Numbered from the stretch's first letter, positions 10,558-21,411 are shown. The stretch: DNA of 64,000 nt from Amoebophrya sp. A120 (GCA_905178155.1 CAJINV010000001.1:9259865-9323864), one strand, 5' to 3'. The notes: generated by a model from the letters alone, not told the origin. Numbers and translations: made by a program.

Positions 10558-13206
10558 ATGAAGATCGTCGACGTAACAGAGGCTAATCGTTTTCTTGTGG
10601 CGTTTACGGAAGCTGCGTTTCAGGACGAGCGGAAACGCACCGAGCAACGACAAAAGTTTCGAGCACGTGGGTTTTGTAATCGAGTAATCGAGTATCTTGG
10701 GGAGCTGGAAGTTGCGAAAAACAAGGATGGGACCGAGGAGCGGCGCGTGCTTTGTACCAGGATTCGTCTGGGACCCGAAGGTAAAACGAAGCGCTTGATG
10801 CGCGAGTTCGGAAGTCACAGGTTCATCAGCATGACCATGCGAGCAAGTGATTGGAAATCCGTGCAGACTTTCGAATGCCTCGGGAATGAGTACCAGCGCT
10901 ACATGGTTTCCTCCAAGAAGAAAAAGAAGCCGCCTGCTGCAAAAAAAGACGGTGCTTTGAAGTGCGAAGAGGAAGAGTTGATAATTGCAGGCGACAAGAA
11001 TTCTCTGTTTAAAGATGGAGAGTGGGGACTCGTCACTGTGCATTTTTTTGCCACACGTGGTCCCTTTGCTAGGCCGGATATTTCTCTGGTAGATCTGTAC
11101 CGGTCGCAGATGGTCGACGCCGACATCCTGAAGTTGATGAGCAGCGGCAAGTTGCTGAAACGCATGCAATTGGCGAAGTCAGACGGAATTCTCTCCGATT
11201 TCCAGTTTACAAGAGATCACTTCGTGAATTACAACGATCGCAAGGTTGGCGACTTCAGTTTTTCCGACGGTTGCAGTTTGATGACATGGAAGCTTGCACA
11301 GAAGGTATTTGCGGAAACTCCATTATTTCGTCAAACCGGAGAAGTCCCCGCCGCTACGCAATTTCGTCTCCCCGGCGTTAAGGGCGTAGTGTGTGTCCTT
11401 TCCGAAGTGGCAATGGTAGGGATTAAGGCAGGCGGAGGACGAGAAGAAAAGACACTTGTTCTTTTGCCCCACAGTCAACTTGGTCCAGGAGGTCGTTTGC
11501 CGCAACACGTACACTATGAATACGACGCGGTTTTTCATTCCCAGACCGACGAAAAGTTTTTTCTCTCAACATCGACGCAAATCAAATTTCAAGCTGCGCA
11601 AGACCGCTCACAATGGAGGTTCGAAATTTTGAGCGACTCTCTTTCCATGGCAAAGCCCATCGGGGATCGCGAGGTGTCGCACGAGGTCGCGCTGTGCCTG
11701 GGCGGATTGGCTGCGAGGCAGGGTAAATCGGACGCATATCGTCATGTGCTAGAACGGAAAAAACGATGGATCTTCGACAGAGCTGCACAAGACGCGATCC
11801 AGACGACCCTAGATGCAAATGGTCCAGAAAATGCACACGAGTTTTTTTCGCAGATGGAGATGGAATACAAGAAATTTCTCTGGGCCACCGGTAGTCAGTT
11901 TTTCCGAAAGTTCGTATTTCGAAAGACCCTGAAGCTGCTCGTTGTTGCCGATTTTGATGCCATCATGCCGCGTGGTCATATCATCGTCAAAGCGGGCGGA
12001 AGATTTCTTGATGGGAAGTGTGCAATGTGTCGCACGCCGACCAATTTGCCGCACGACGTGCAGACGTTTCAAGCAATGAATGAGGCGCAGATTCGATACT
12101 GGTGGCGGGAGTCGTTTGTCCACAAGCCGAGTCAGCTGCTCGATGAGTACGTAATGGTCAGCTCGAAGAGTGGCACCACCGAGTCGACGACCGCTCCTGT
12201 GATGGACCTGCTGTCGGGCGGTGACTTTGATGGCGACACCGTCTACGTAATTTTCGATCCTGACATCGTTGATCTTATCGGTAATACGTCGCGCGAACGG
12301 AGTGTCGCCGTAACGCGTGCGAGCGAGTGTTTGGACACCATGATATCGCGGCATACGCGGAAAGCAGCCGAAGAACATGTTGCTGAGTCGTCAATCACTT
12401 GCGCTGCATTGGACGCAGCGATCGTGCGTGAGGGGGAGGAGATGTTCAACAGCTCGAAAACTATTGCCAGCATGTCTGCAAACTGGTATTTTTGTGCGGA
12501 TCTCCTCGGCACGGATCACGAGGCCACGGTCCTCTTCGGCGTTGCTTACCAGTTCGCTCTCGACGGTAAATTGCCTGACGCGCTGTGTGCAGAAGTTCGT
12601 CGCTACGTGAGGGGAATGAACATCAACGGTCTTGGTCTGTGCGACCTTGAGGAGAATGTGATGCCTCAGTGGAGAGCGTGTCACAAGTTCGGATACTGGA
12701 AAAATAAAGACAAACACCGCAACCCAGGCAGCTGGATGCAGCAATTGTGTGACGACAGCGTCAACGAGTACCCCAATGCTTTCTTCGAGAACGAGCACTT
12801 TAGAGAGACTGGCGACCGTTTGGTGCAGGCTTTGCCGGAACACGACGCCGGCGCAAAAAAGGTGCGACATCTTTGGGACCGACTGAAGAACATTGAAGAA
12901 ACCTGTGCAGAGAAGAGTAAAAAAGTGTATATTCTGAAGAAGGAAACCGAAGCCTTCAGTCTCAACCGTGACCATCCTTCCGTTGCTGACGCTGCGTGCC
13001 CGTCTGTGGAAATGATTACCAATAGCACTCCCAACGGGAACGGTCACCATCATACTGGTCATTTTTTTATGCATAGTAAAAAAAAGAAACGACGTGTATT
13101 GAAGCAACGGCACAGACTGACTCAGCATAGACCCGTTTCAGCGAATATGAGGGTTAGAGTTCGTGCTTTGCTAGAGGTTTGGACAGGAGACATCATAGAT
13201 ACATAA
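10558..13206 (+). CDS. Eukaryotic RNAi-type RNA-dependent RNA polymerase
   Basis: Ordered RdRP motifs FSDGCSLM, ATQFRLPGVKG, GVAD-like VVADFD, RTPTNLPHDV, and catalytic LSGGDFDGD followed by VIFD. Confidence 0.85.
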   Translation: MKIVDVTEANRFLVAFTEAAFQDERKRTEQRQKFRARGFCNRVIEYLGELEVAKNKDGTEERRVLCTRIRLGPEGKTKRLMREFGSHRFISMTMRASDWKSVQTFECLGNEYQRYMVSSKKKKKPPAAKKDGALKCEEEELIIAGDKNSLFKDGEWGLVTVHFFATRGPFARPDISLVDLYRSQMVDADILKLMSSGKLLKRMQLAKSDGILSDFQFTRDHFVNYNDRKVGDFSFSDGCSLMTWKLAQKVFAETPLFRQTGEVPAATQFRLPGVKGVVCVLSEVAMVGIKAGGGREEKTLVLLPHSQLGPGGRLPQHVHYEYDAVFHSQTDEKFFLSTSTQIKFQAAQDRSQWRFEILSDSLSMAKPIGDREVSHEVALCLGGLAARQGKSDAYRHVLERKKRWIFDRAAQDAIQTTLDANGPENAHEFFSQMEMEYKKFLWATGSQFFRKFVFRKTLKLLVVADFDAIMPRGHIIVKAGGRFLDGKCAMCRTPTNLPHDVQTFQAMNEAQIRYWWRESFVHKPSQLLDEYVMVSSKSGTTESTTAPVMDLLSGGDFDGDTVYVIFDPDIVDLIGNTSRERSVAVTRASECLDTMISRHTRKAAEEHVAESSITCAALDAAIVREGEEMFNSSKTIASMSANWYFCADLLGTDHEATVLFGVAYQFALDGKLPDALCAEVRRYVRGMNINGLGLCDLEENVMPQWRACHKFGYWKNKDKHRNPGSWMQQLCDDSVNEYPNAFFENEHFRETGDRLVQALPEHDAGAKKVRHLWDRLKNIEETCAEKSKKVYILKKETEAFSLNRDHPSVADAACPSVEMITNSTPNGNGHHHTGHFFMHSKKKKRRVLKQRHRLTQHRPVSANMRVRVRALLEVWTGDIIDT

Positions 13207-13338
13207 AAGTAAGATGCGTGAGTACTTGTGTCTTATTAAGATCTTGGCTAGAGCCGATGTTGTGAAAGAGAAAAGGTTCTTCTCCTTTAATTCGATAGTC
13301 AGAAGCGTTCAGTGATCAATGTCGTTTCTTTAGTGAGT

Positions 13339-14115
13339 ATGACCAGCACACTTAATTCCGAAGCGACAATCGCGCCGCCCTCCGCTGACGCGGCACCACT
13401 CCGCAGCGATAAAATATTCCGTGAGCTGGTGAATCAACTCGGTCTTTATGCCGATGCCGTGAAGCATGAGGAAGGTTCCCAGGCAGCGGATACTTTCAAA
13501 GAGCTGCAGAAAGAAAATGCGGCTCTGCGGGAAAGTCTTCGTCAAGCAAATCAAGAAAGGATGACGGAAGCCGATAAACGGAAAATCGGTGACCTTGAGC
13601 AAGAGCTGCAACGAGCGGAGGAAAAGACCGCGGAATCTGAAAGCCTTCGCCTGGAAAACCGAAACCTGCACTCGCTGCTACAAGAGTGGAGGGCGCCACG
13701 GCGGCTGTCGTTTTTTTCCAGAAATGGGAGGATGACCGTCGCGAAAATTGCAGACGCGCTGAATTGGACAAAGGGGTTTTCGCAATCGGAGGAGTCGGAG
13801 GTGACATCTGGGATTTTTAGGGCCATTAATAACGCCATTCAACTAAGAAACGAGAAAGAAGAACTACTGAATTTCGCGGAGGCATTTTCGAATATTACCG
13901 ATTGGAAGTATGTTCCTTTTATAGGTTTTGGTATGACCCTATTCACCTCTGGAGAGTACTGGCACCAAGAGCGTTTGAATTTTCAATTTCCAGCAGAAGA
14001 AGATGACAATGCTCTGCGCATATGTGTCTTCAAGGCTTTACGTCGCCGCGAATCAACGGGCCACAAGAAACCTACGATGTACTACAGACATGGAATATGG
14101 TATGTAAATGAATAG
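13339..14115 (+). CDS. Tandem-family paralogue 1 (coiled coil + C-terminal domain; most divergent copy)
   Basis: SDKIFRELVNQLGLYADAV..., TKGFS..E, FIGFGM, RLNFQFP, LRICVFK shared with the other copies. Confidence 0.75.
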   Translation: MTSTLNSEATIAPPSADAAPLRSDKIFRELVNQLGLYADAVKHEEGSQAADTFKELQKENAALRESLRQANQERMTEADKRKIGDLEQELQRAEEKTAESESLRLENRNLHSLLQEWRAPRRLSFFSRNGRMTVAKIADALNWTKGFSQSEESEVTSGIFRAINNAIQLRNEKEELLNFAEAFSNITDWKYVPFIGFGMTLFTSGEYWHQERLNFQFPAEEDDNALRICVFKALRRRESTGHKKPTMYYRHGIWYVNE

Positions 14116-14548
14116 ATGATGAGAGGGCCGGAACGACTATGCACCCTGCAGCTGTGGTGTGTCCGATACCTCATCTATAACGGGCTGAAAACAAAAAAAC
14201 TGAATGAATAATTGTTCATACGGGGGATTCATTTCATTTATTCGCTTTTTCATAAATGCGTGCGAAGCGTGATGTTGCTGACTTTGGAGCTAGACATGTC
14301 AGTATGATTGGTGATCTTGCGGTCTCGCTGTTGTTCTGTAAGGTTCATTGGAGGTATCAAGTATTCATCCTGGTGGCCGAGGAAGATATTTATATGTCGG
14401 CGGGGAGAAACTTCGCCATTTGTTTGAGCGTTGTAATTTTCGTTTTGGATTCATGTGCGCTCGAAGTACGTGATACTATTTGTTTCATCATCAGCCGTAC
14501 AACACAAGTAAATGATCGTGTATAGCTTATTCGGGCCACATCCTCATT

Positions 14549-14615
14549 CAAAATGTCCACCCCCCACCAGCGTTCCCGTTCGACGCTCTCGTCCTACGAA
14601 GAGCACCCCAAGACG
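14549..14615 (+). repeat. 67-bp near-identical copy of the 5' end of paralogue 3 (15931-15997)
   Basis: CAAAATGTC(C/G)ACCCCCCACC...CCCAAGACG with one synonymous mismatch. Encodes MSTPHQRSRSTLSSYEEHPKT. Confidence 0.95.
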
Positions 14616-14819
14616 AGATTGCTCTTCGCTGCATCAAAGACAAGTTCAGCTTACCATTTTTCCGAAACTAGAGTCATAGCTAGAGCATACACAGTTTTTC
14701 CTGGCGACTGCGATATTTGTAGACCGACGGCAAGAGCGCATATTTAGATCACTTGCAAACGATACGATCTTGTTTGTGTTGCCCATATATGTTTCATTTC
14801 ATTTCCATCCAGCACCAAG

Positions 14820-15356
14820 ATGTCCACCTCGACAATGGATTCTGGCTCTGAGGACGAGCCGACATTGCTCAGTGACAAAATCCTGAGCGATGTGGTGAAG
14901 CAGCTGGGGCGATATTCCGAGGCCGTGAAACTCGAACAAGGAAAGCAGAAGACGGGCGTCGCGGAACTACAGACTGAAGTTCTTTCGTTGCAGCAACAGC
15001 TTCTTCAATCGAGACGTAAGCTCAAGGAGCACGAGAGCCACTATCTGGACACTACAGACCTCACCGCGCAGGCGTTGCAACAGGCGATTGTGAATAGTGT
15101 CGGACTCGAGCAGTGCGAAATTGACGAGATAGTCGCAGCTTTGCTTGCTTCTCTGAAGGCTTACGCACACGGTGGATCCGTTGATTTGCAGGCAGTGCCA
15201 CTTGGTTTTGAACGACAGACCACACCTGGAAGAAAATACTTCATAGTCTGCGGGTTCGGGATGAAAATGTGCTACACCCACTGGAGTCCGATGCGGGTGA
15301 ATTTTCAATTTCCATCAAAAAATGATTTTCGATGCGTCGTTCATAAGGTAGGCTGA
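14820..15356 (+). CDS. Tandem-family paralogue 2
   Basis: LSDKIL.DVVKQLGRY.EAVKLE, YLDT, CGFGMKM, RVNFQFPSKNDFR. Confidence 0.8.
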   Translation: MSTSTMDSGSEDEPTLLSDKILSDVVKQLGRYSEAVKLEQGKQKTGVAELQTEVLSLQQQLLQSRRKLKEHESHYLDTTDLTAQALQQAIVNSVGLEQCEIDEIVAALLASLKAYAHGGSVDLQAVPLGFERQTTPGRKYFIVCGFGMKMCYTHWSPMRVNFQFPSKNDFRCVVHKVG

Positions 15357-15934
15357 GGTCCTTCGAGATGCTAGAACTGTACTATCGAATCTATGCGCAG
15401 ATGTATCGAGCCTCCTGCGGAGATGCTTGAATTAACAACTGATGAAACATCTATTGACCAATAGAGGGTCATAGAGTCCTCGTCTTGGGGTCGTTGCCAA
15501 GCCAGCGCTTCTGTGCACGGCGAAGCCATGTTCCACTGGTCTTGGACTGAGTCCACTCATGGTGAGGATCGACATTTGGCGTTTCCGATGGACCCCGAAT
15601 CATAACAGAGAGTTGCCTTCTTTTCCACGATATCTCTGCAAGCAGTTGGGCTGTATGGTTTGGTCATGTTTTATTGAGGACGGGAAGTGAGCTGCAAAAC
15701 AAGAATCCTGAGATAGTAAGTACGCGCACGTGGCGGTGGCGAGTTTTGCGTATCGAATGTTTCTACTTGTGTCCGTCACCGTTCAGAAATAACTGCTCAA
15801 GGTAGCTCCGAATGATTTAGCGCATTTCATTGCGACCGGGTTTCATAAAGTATAAGTCTTGGAACTACATCCCAGAGTACAAACAAGAAATCATTTTCTC
15901 TGCTCCTGCCTAGCGCACAAGGTCGTCGAGCAAA

Positions 15935-17053
15935 ATGTCGACCCCCCACCAGCGTTCCCGTTCGACGCTCTCGTCCTACGAAGAGCACCCCAAGACGCCT
16001 CTCAGCGAAAAGCTGCGAGACGAGATGACCGACCTCCTCGACCGATTCCCCACCCTGCTCGACAAATTCACCACCGCTCTCAAACAGGAAGCCACCGAGA
16101 AGGGCGACAATGTTTTCTCTTGCGAGGAGGTTGCAGATTTGCAGGATCGCCTCTTCCACTCCCAGCAAGAACTGTACCAGGTAAAAGAATCTCTCGAGAG
16201 CCTGCAAACATTTCAATTCATCGCGAAGGGTTTGGATGAAGAGGCAATTTTTGACCACGTCGTGCCGGAACTAACCCGGGGGTTTTCAAAAGAAGACATC
16301 GACGAAACGGTGAAAGGCGTCCACAAAGCCGTGCAGAAATACGTGGAGGAGGGGAGCAAGGATTTACAAGTCATCTGCCGCACCTTCCTCGACGAGTTCC
16401 AGGATAAGTACATGATGGTTTGCGGTTTCGGCGCAAAAATGGCGATTTCGAGCGAGTGGGACCCCCATCGGTTGAACATCGTCTTCCCACAGCGGAACAA
16501 CTTCCGGATTGCGGTAATTAAAAGATTCGACCACAGGAAGGGCAAGAAAAGACGAGAGAACGAGGAGACAAGCCTGAATTCGAATAGCAGTTGCTCTGTC
16601 GGTCCTAGTGTTCTTTGTGGAGAGGAAACCGGAAAGGAAAAAGCTGAGACTGTTCGTGAAGCGACGACAAGTCCTGAAATAACGGAGGAGAAGGCTAGCA
16701 GGAAGAAGACTTTCTCCTCTACTCCCGAGCTTACGTTCGACGCCACAGGTTTGGACAACGACTGGACACTACGAGATAGCATCGTGTGGAACCAAACGGA
16801 GGGCTTCGCGAAGTGGCAAACGGACGAAATAATCGAGGCTCTTACACAGGCGTTCCAAAAATACCAGCGAGAGAAGGCCACCGACGTGCAGAGGATTGCA
16901 AACTACACCCACAAGCACCTCGAGGGCCGGTACGTGATTGTTTGCGGGTTCGAAACGAAAATGCAATTTGACAAGAAAAGCTACTGGGGATACCGGCTAA
17001 ACCTGTGCTTTCCTGCGCAAAACAATTTTCGAATCACGGTTTGGCGAAAGTAG
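15935..17053 (+). CDS. Tandem-family paralogue 3 with two copies of the C-terminal domain
   Basis: Two units (CGFGAKM..RLNIVFPQRNNFRIAV and CGFETKM..RLNLCFPAQNNFRITV) separated by a low-complexity linker. Confidence 0.85.
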   Translation: MSTPHQRSRSTLSSYEEHPKTPLSEKLRDEMTDLLDRFPTLLDKFTTALKQEATEKGDNVFSCEEVADLQDRLFHSQQELYQVKESLESLQTFQFIAKGLDEEAIFDHVVPELTRGFSKEDIDETVKGVHKAVQKYVEEGSKDLQVICRTFLDEFQDKYMMVCGFGAKMAISSEWDPHRLNIVFPQRNNFRIAVIKRFDHRKGKKRRENEETSLNSNSSCSVGPSVLCGEETGKEKAETVREATTSPEITEEKASRKKTFSSTPELTFDATGLDNDWTLRDSIVWNQTEGFAKWQTDEIIEALTQAFQKYQREKATDVQRIANYTHKHLEGRYVIVCGFETKMQFDKKSYWGYRLNLCFPAQNNFRITVWRK

Positions 17054-17440
17054 AGCAATAATCGATTCATTTCTCGTCCTCTTGACAAATAAAGACCACG
17101 CATGCCTTTTTGTGAATACTGCTGGAAACGCATTATTTTTGAGTCGCAGCCCGGTCACAGATGAATTGGAAATCGAATTTCTGAAATGGGCCCTGGGACT
17201 GAAAACATCTTCATCGTGCGTTCCAAAAAAGTTTGCTGCGTTGAACTGAGCGTTGTGTCTGTAAGCCTCAAGCTTCATTTCGAGTGAGAGCTGAAGTTGT
17301 GACCACAGAGTGCTGTTTTAGTCATTAGAAAGTTAAAGAGTTCTGAGCGAAAGGACCGCTTGTCACGTCAAACTTAGCACAAGCGCAGTGCGCACGCAGC
17401 TAGTTGAGATCCCATTCGTCCTATCATGCTCGTGTCCAAG

Positions 17441-18168
17441 ATGCCGATGCCCGAGTACAAGCGAACGAAGAGCACAGCCGACTGGTCCTCGGGCGAGGAA
17501 CAGGGGCTTTCTCTCAGCGAAAAGCTCCGTATGGACATCGTGAAGCAGCTCGACCGGTACACGGATGCGATGAACCTCGAAGCGGAAACCAGAGCGACGA
17601 GTGTTTCGGAACTGCAGGACGAAGTATCACGAGAAAAAAGTGTGGCAGAGGAAACTTGTAATGCGAAGATCATAAGGGAAAACAGGAAGGAAACGAGGCT
17701 CCCAAGCGCTTTCTGCATGAGAAAGGTTGTCTGGGTTGCCGGTCTTGCAGCACAATGTGTAACTGTAACACTTTTTTCTTGCGATACGAAGTGCTGGGGC
17801 TACAATGGGAGCTCTCCGTGGCAAACGAGAAGGTCCGAAAGTGCGAAACGCTGTGCCTCGACACCGAAGGACTTCTAGACGAGAACGCGCTCCGCAGCAG
17901 CATTGACGTCGACAAGACGGAGGGATTCTCCAGAGCCGAGATGACGCAGGTGATTCAGGCGCTGTTGCGCGCCCTGCGAGAGTACGAACAAGACCAACAC
18001 AAGGACATACAAAAGATCCCGGACGCATTTGCAACCGCCGTCCAGGGAAGATATGTCATGTTTTGCGGGTTTGGTTTGAAAATGAGATTGGCTGCTGGAT
18101 GGACGGATCGAATGAACATGAATTTCCCGACAAGGAACAATTTCCGAATCACGATTTTCAAGCCCTAG
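17441..18168 (+). CDS. Tandem-family paralogue 4, split by element E1
   Basis: Removing 167 nt (17624-17790) gives SELQDE|VLGLQWEL, colinear with AELQDQVESLQQEL (paralogue 5) and AELQTEVLSLQQQL (paralogue 2). Confidence 0.85.
17625..17786. mobile_element. E1: introner-like TIR element, 162 bp, TSD CGAAG
   Basis: TATCACGAGAAAAAAGTGTGGCAG ... CTGTAACACTTTTTTCTTGCGATA. CGAAG at 17620-17624 and 17787-17791. Confidence 0.9.
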
Positions 18169-18474
18169 GGCCCTGTTTGGTCGGTGTATCACTATTAAAG
18201 GTGCGTTGCTAGCTTCCGAAGATAGAGGAATTTTTCCCGCACTAAGGAAGAACACAGGAAGATTTGAGTGTGAGTGCTAATGTTTTTGCTTTGAAAAGAC
18301 GGCCTCATCGGGGCTTTCAAAGCAGCGATCCAAGATGGTTTCAACTTTTTTCCGATCCTTTTTTTTTGTGGTTGGATGTGTTTGCACAAGTTCAAAAATT
18401 AGGTTCAGGAGTTTCGCACTGGTTTTCTCTCCTTTTGCCTTTTCGCTCCGAGTACGATTTTCGATCATCAAATC

Positions 18475-19914
18475 ATGCAGTGGCTTCATCTCTTGACCAC
18501 AGCAATTCTTGCTCGTGGTGCGGAAATCATTCTTGAGCAGCCGGGTGTTGCGGAATGCAGTCTACTTCGGGAGAACCTGCGCCTTTCCTATGCGAGCCGC
18601 GCTTTTGCTGGAATTTCTCCGACGTCCAATGCTGCAAGTAGCGAAGGGTCTACGAGCATCGGCAGCTGTTTCAGTAGGGGCGAGAGCAGCTCAGGAGCGA
18701 CAGCGTCAAGTGGCGATTTTTGGCGGGAGACTCCTAATGGAAATGGACCGCTGTGTATGGAAACGGACGAGGGGGAGGAAGCAATGCAGTCACCGCAGTC
18801 GCAACCATCACAGGTTTCGTTCCTCCTGCGTCGACAAATTGCGGACCAAATTGCGGAAGTGACGCGCACGAAGATCGGTCTCGCAAGACACATTCTTGAT
18901 ATCCAGGAGGACCCGCTACGTGCTCTGTTCGGACGGCACAATGCGCAGGAACTGAGCAGATTGATGGAAGAAGAGGATGAGCGCAGAGCCTCGTGGGACC
19001 AAATTATGTGCAGGAACTGCGGCCAAGGACTGCACACGATTTTTCGCCCGAAATATGGGTCGCGTAGTCGCTCCACTATGACCGGAGCCAAGATGAAGGG
19101 GATGATCCGGTGGATAGGATTCCCGTCCGCGGGGCATGATCCCGAGTACCACAGACGCGTTTTCCAGGCACTGCACGAACTGGAAAACGATATTGGCAAG
19201 GACGAGAACCAACTGATGCCTTTGCTGGATGGGATTCCGGCGGTGCTGGGATCCACCTTCTCGCCGGAAACCGAGGAGGAGCGGAGAGAGGCCAACGAGA
19301 TGTTTCCAGTCAGAATCCCGCGCATGCAACGCCGCGCGCTCGATTTCATCAGCCGATTGCAGCGGGTGCAAAAGGCTCTCGGCGAGGAAAACTGGGAGGT
19401 CGAGCTGCCAATCCACTTCAGCCTGTCCGAATTGTCGCAGTCAGCTGAGGCGCGGGGCGCGACACCGGATAAGACGTTTTTCACGTACCTGGACGAGCGG
19501 GCCTTGGTGGAGGTCGGACGGCACATGCGAACGTGGTCGGAAATCTTGTTCCCGCAAAATAATAACGACACCGCTACAGCGTCTCCTACTCCTCTCGCCG
19601 GACGCGGCTGGCTCGAGCGACGCGTACATGTGATCAGGCCACGGTTTTCGCACGCGAAGATGCTGCACTTGTTCATAGAGGTGTTGCGCAGCGACACCTC
19701 TATGCAGCCACTGCAATACCTGTACGAGTTCGAATTCGCTTCGCGGTCCTGGGACTTTCGCAGTCTAAAGCTGCGCATGTTCTACGATCTGACACTGAAT
19801 TACCGAGTGATTCAGAAAGGCTACTATTCCAGATACAGTGATCGGCCGCAAGACCGCGGCACAAGGGAGTGCGCAACTGTCTGGATTGGTACCGCTTTGG
19901 GTGGCCATTGGTAG
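18475..19914 (+). CDS. Hypothetical protein with signal-peptide-like N-terminus
   Basis: 479-aa ORF with coding-like composition; MQWLHLLTTAILARGA N-terminus; no recognised domain. Confidence 0.65.
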   Translation: MQWLHLLTTAILARGAEIILEQPGVAECSLLRENLRLSYASRAFAGISPTSNAASSEGSTSIGSCFSRGESSSGATASSGDFWRETPNGNGPLCMETDEGEEAMQSPQSQPSQVSFLLRRQIADQIAEVTRTKIGLARHILDIQEDPLRALFGRHNAQELSRLMEEEDERRASWDQIMCRNCGQGLHTIFRPKYGSRSRSTMTGAKMKGMIRWIGFPSAGHDPEYHRRVFQALHELENDIGKDENQLMPLLDGIPAVLGSTFSPETEEERREANEMFPVRIPRMQRRALDFISRLQRVQKALGEENWEVELPIHFSLSELSQSAEARGATPDKTFFTYLDERALVEVGRHMRTWSEILFPQNNNDTATASPTPLAGRGWLERRVHVIRPRFSHAKMLHLFIEVLRSDTSMQPLQYLYEFEFASRSWDFRSLKLRMFYDLTLNYRVIQKGYYSRYSDRPQDRGTRECATVWIGTALGGHW

Positions 19915-20469
19915 TGTCATTCTGCAAATAACGTTGTGAGAAATGATATTTTTTGCGCTGTCACGCATTATTTAGTTAGATCACCATCTACTGGATGTTC
20001 AGTCGTGTTTTTTTTGTTACGTTCACATGCGTGGACGTGCGGTTCTGAATTTGTTCTGGGTCTTGTGTCACATTTGTGAAGTGGCGACTCACGCCACTGC
20101 GATCTATCCCAAGTTTGGTGAGATTTGGTACAAGACAGCGCTGCGTGGCTGAAAGTTGTGGGCTCCGGTTGCTCGTAGATCAAAATGAAACGTCAAAGCG
20201 CATCTTTTTTGAGGACGGGTTAAGCGGATCACCAGATCCTGGAGAAGGTCATTTCCGATCATAACATTTTTGAGCATACTGCTCTACATCTGTTGTTGAC
20301 ATCAATTTCTTGGAAGTGAAAAAGGTTTCTGCATTTTCCACGATAGCCCACGAATCTGGTTCTGTTTGTGATCCTCGCAATTTCTTTTCTGATCTACGCA
20401 TGCATGCACACTTCTTCGGATTCGTTCGTTTTTTGTGAAGCGATTTATTATACATATACCAACATCAAG

Positions 20470-21027
20470 ATGCCAGCTCTCGACCGCAAGCGCTCACGCA
20501 CTACGGCGGGGTCGTCTTCTGACGATGAGCGGCGATTGCCACTCAGCGAGAAAATTCGAAAAGACATCATCAAGCAGTTGGATCGGTACACAGATGCCGT
20601 CAACCTCGAGTCCGCAACTGGCACGCGTGGTGTCGCCGAGTTACAGGACCAGGTGGAGTCGTTGCAGCAAGAGCTAGCTAATGCGGAGGAAAAAACGCAG
20701 ACGCTCGAGTCCCTCCGCTTGGACACGGAGGGACTCAGCGAGCAAGCCATCCGAGGGTCCATCGATTACACGATGACCGACCGCGGTCGTTTTTCGTCTG
20801 CGGAAACCAGCGAGATCGTGCGGGGCGTGAGTGTCGCGCTGCAGGCGTATGCGCGGGAAGGACACAGCGACCTGCAGACGATTCCGGACACGTTTGTGAA
20901 GCAATTCGACAAGGACAAGTATGACATGTGTTGCGGGTTTGGGATGAAGATGCGGCTGCGCGGGAACCGGATGAATATCGTGTTTCCATCGAAGAACCAT
21001 TTCCGGATCACCATTTACAAGCATTAG
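20470..21027 (+). CDS. Tandem-family paralogue 5
   Basis: MPALDRKRSRT..SSDDE..LSEKIRKDIIKQLDRYTDAVNLE; CGFGMKM; RMNIVFPSKNHFRITIYK. Confidence 0.85.
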   Translation: MPALDRKRSRTTAGSSSDDERRLPLSEKIRKDIIKQLDRYTDAVNLESATGTRGVAELQDQVESLQQELANAEEKTQTLESLRLDTEGLSEQAIRGSIDYTMTDRGRFSSAETSEIVRGVSVALQAYAREGHSDLQTIPDTFVKQFDKDKYDMCCGFGMKMRLRGNRMNIVFPSKNHFRITIYKH

Positions 21028-21302
21028 GCGCTGTGATGTCGCTCTGTACTACATAAAACCTGATGCCAACTTCGACACATTCTGGAATGTGTTTGCGTCC
21101 TCCCAGACTGTAACTGTAAAAAAATTGGTAGTCATTTCGAATGTGCAGGAAGAGTGAGCCTGGGTTACATAGATGCACTAAAGAGCAACAGCTATGCAGC
21201 TGCAGCAAAAGTCGTGAATGCGCGTGCAAGTCCTTGATTCTTGATGGCGAGACTTTCGGGTTGTTCATGCGTAGAGAAAACACGAAGTTTCAGCACATAC
21301 TC

Positions 21303-21411
21303 GAAAAAAGTTAGTAACGCATGCTATGATAGCCTCCTTTCTAGTTAGTAACGCATACTACTTAGAAAAAAGTTAGTAACGCATACTACTTAGTAACGCA
21401 TGCAATGATAG
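21303..21411. repeat. Imperfect local repeat, 4x TTAGTAACGCAT
   Basis: Directly visible, with GAAAAAAG and ACTAC sub-units reshuffled between copies. Confidence 0.85.

Noticed and set aside
10558-13206. Viral (GDD-type) RdRP or endogenous RNA virus
   Set aside because: The motifs are the cellular DxDGD double-psi-barrel type, and no capsid or other viral genes are nearby.
21303-21411. CRISPR-like repeat array
   Set aside because: Repeats are short, spacers are irregular and not unique, there are no cas genes, and the context is eukaryotic.
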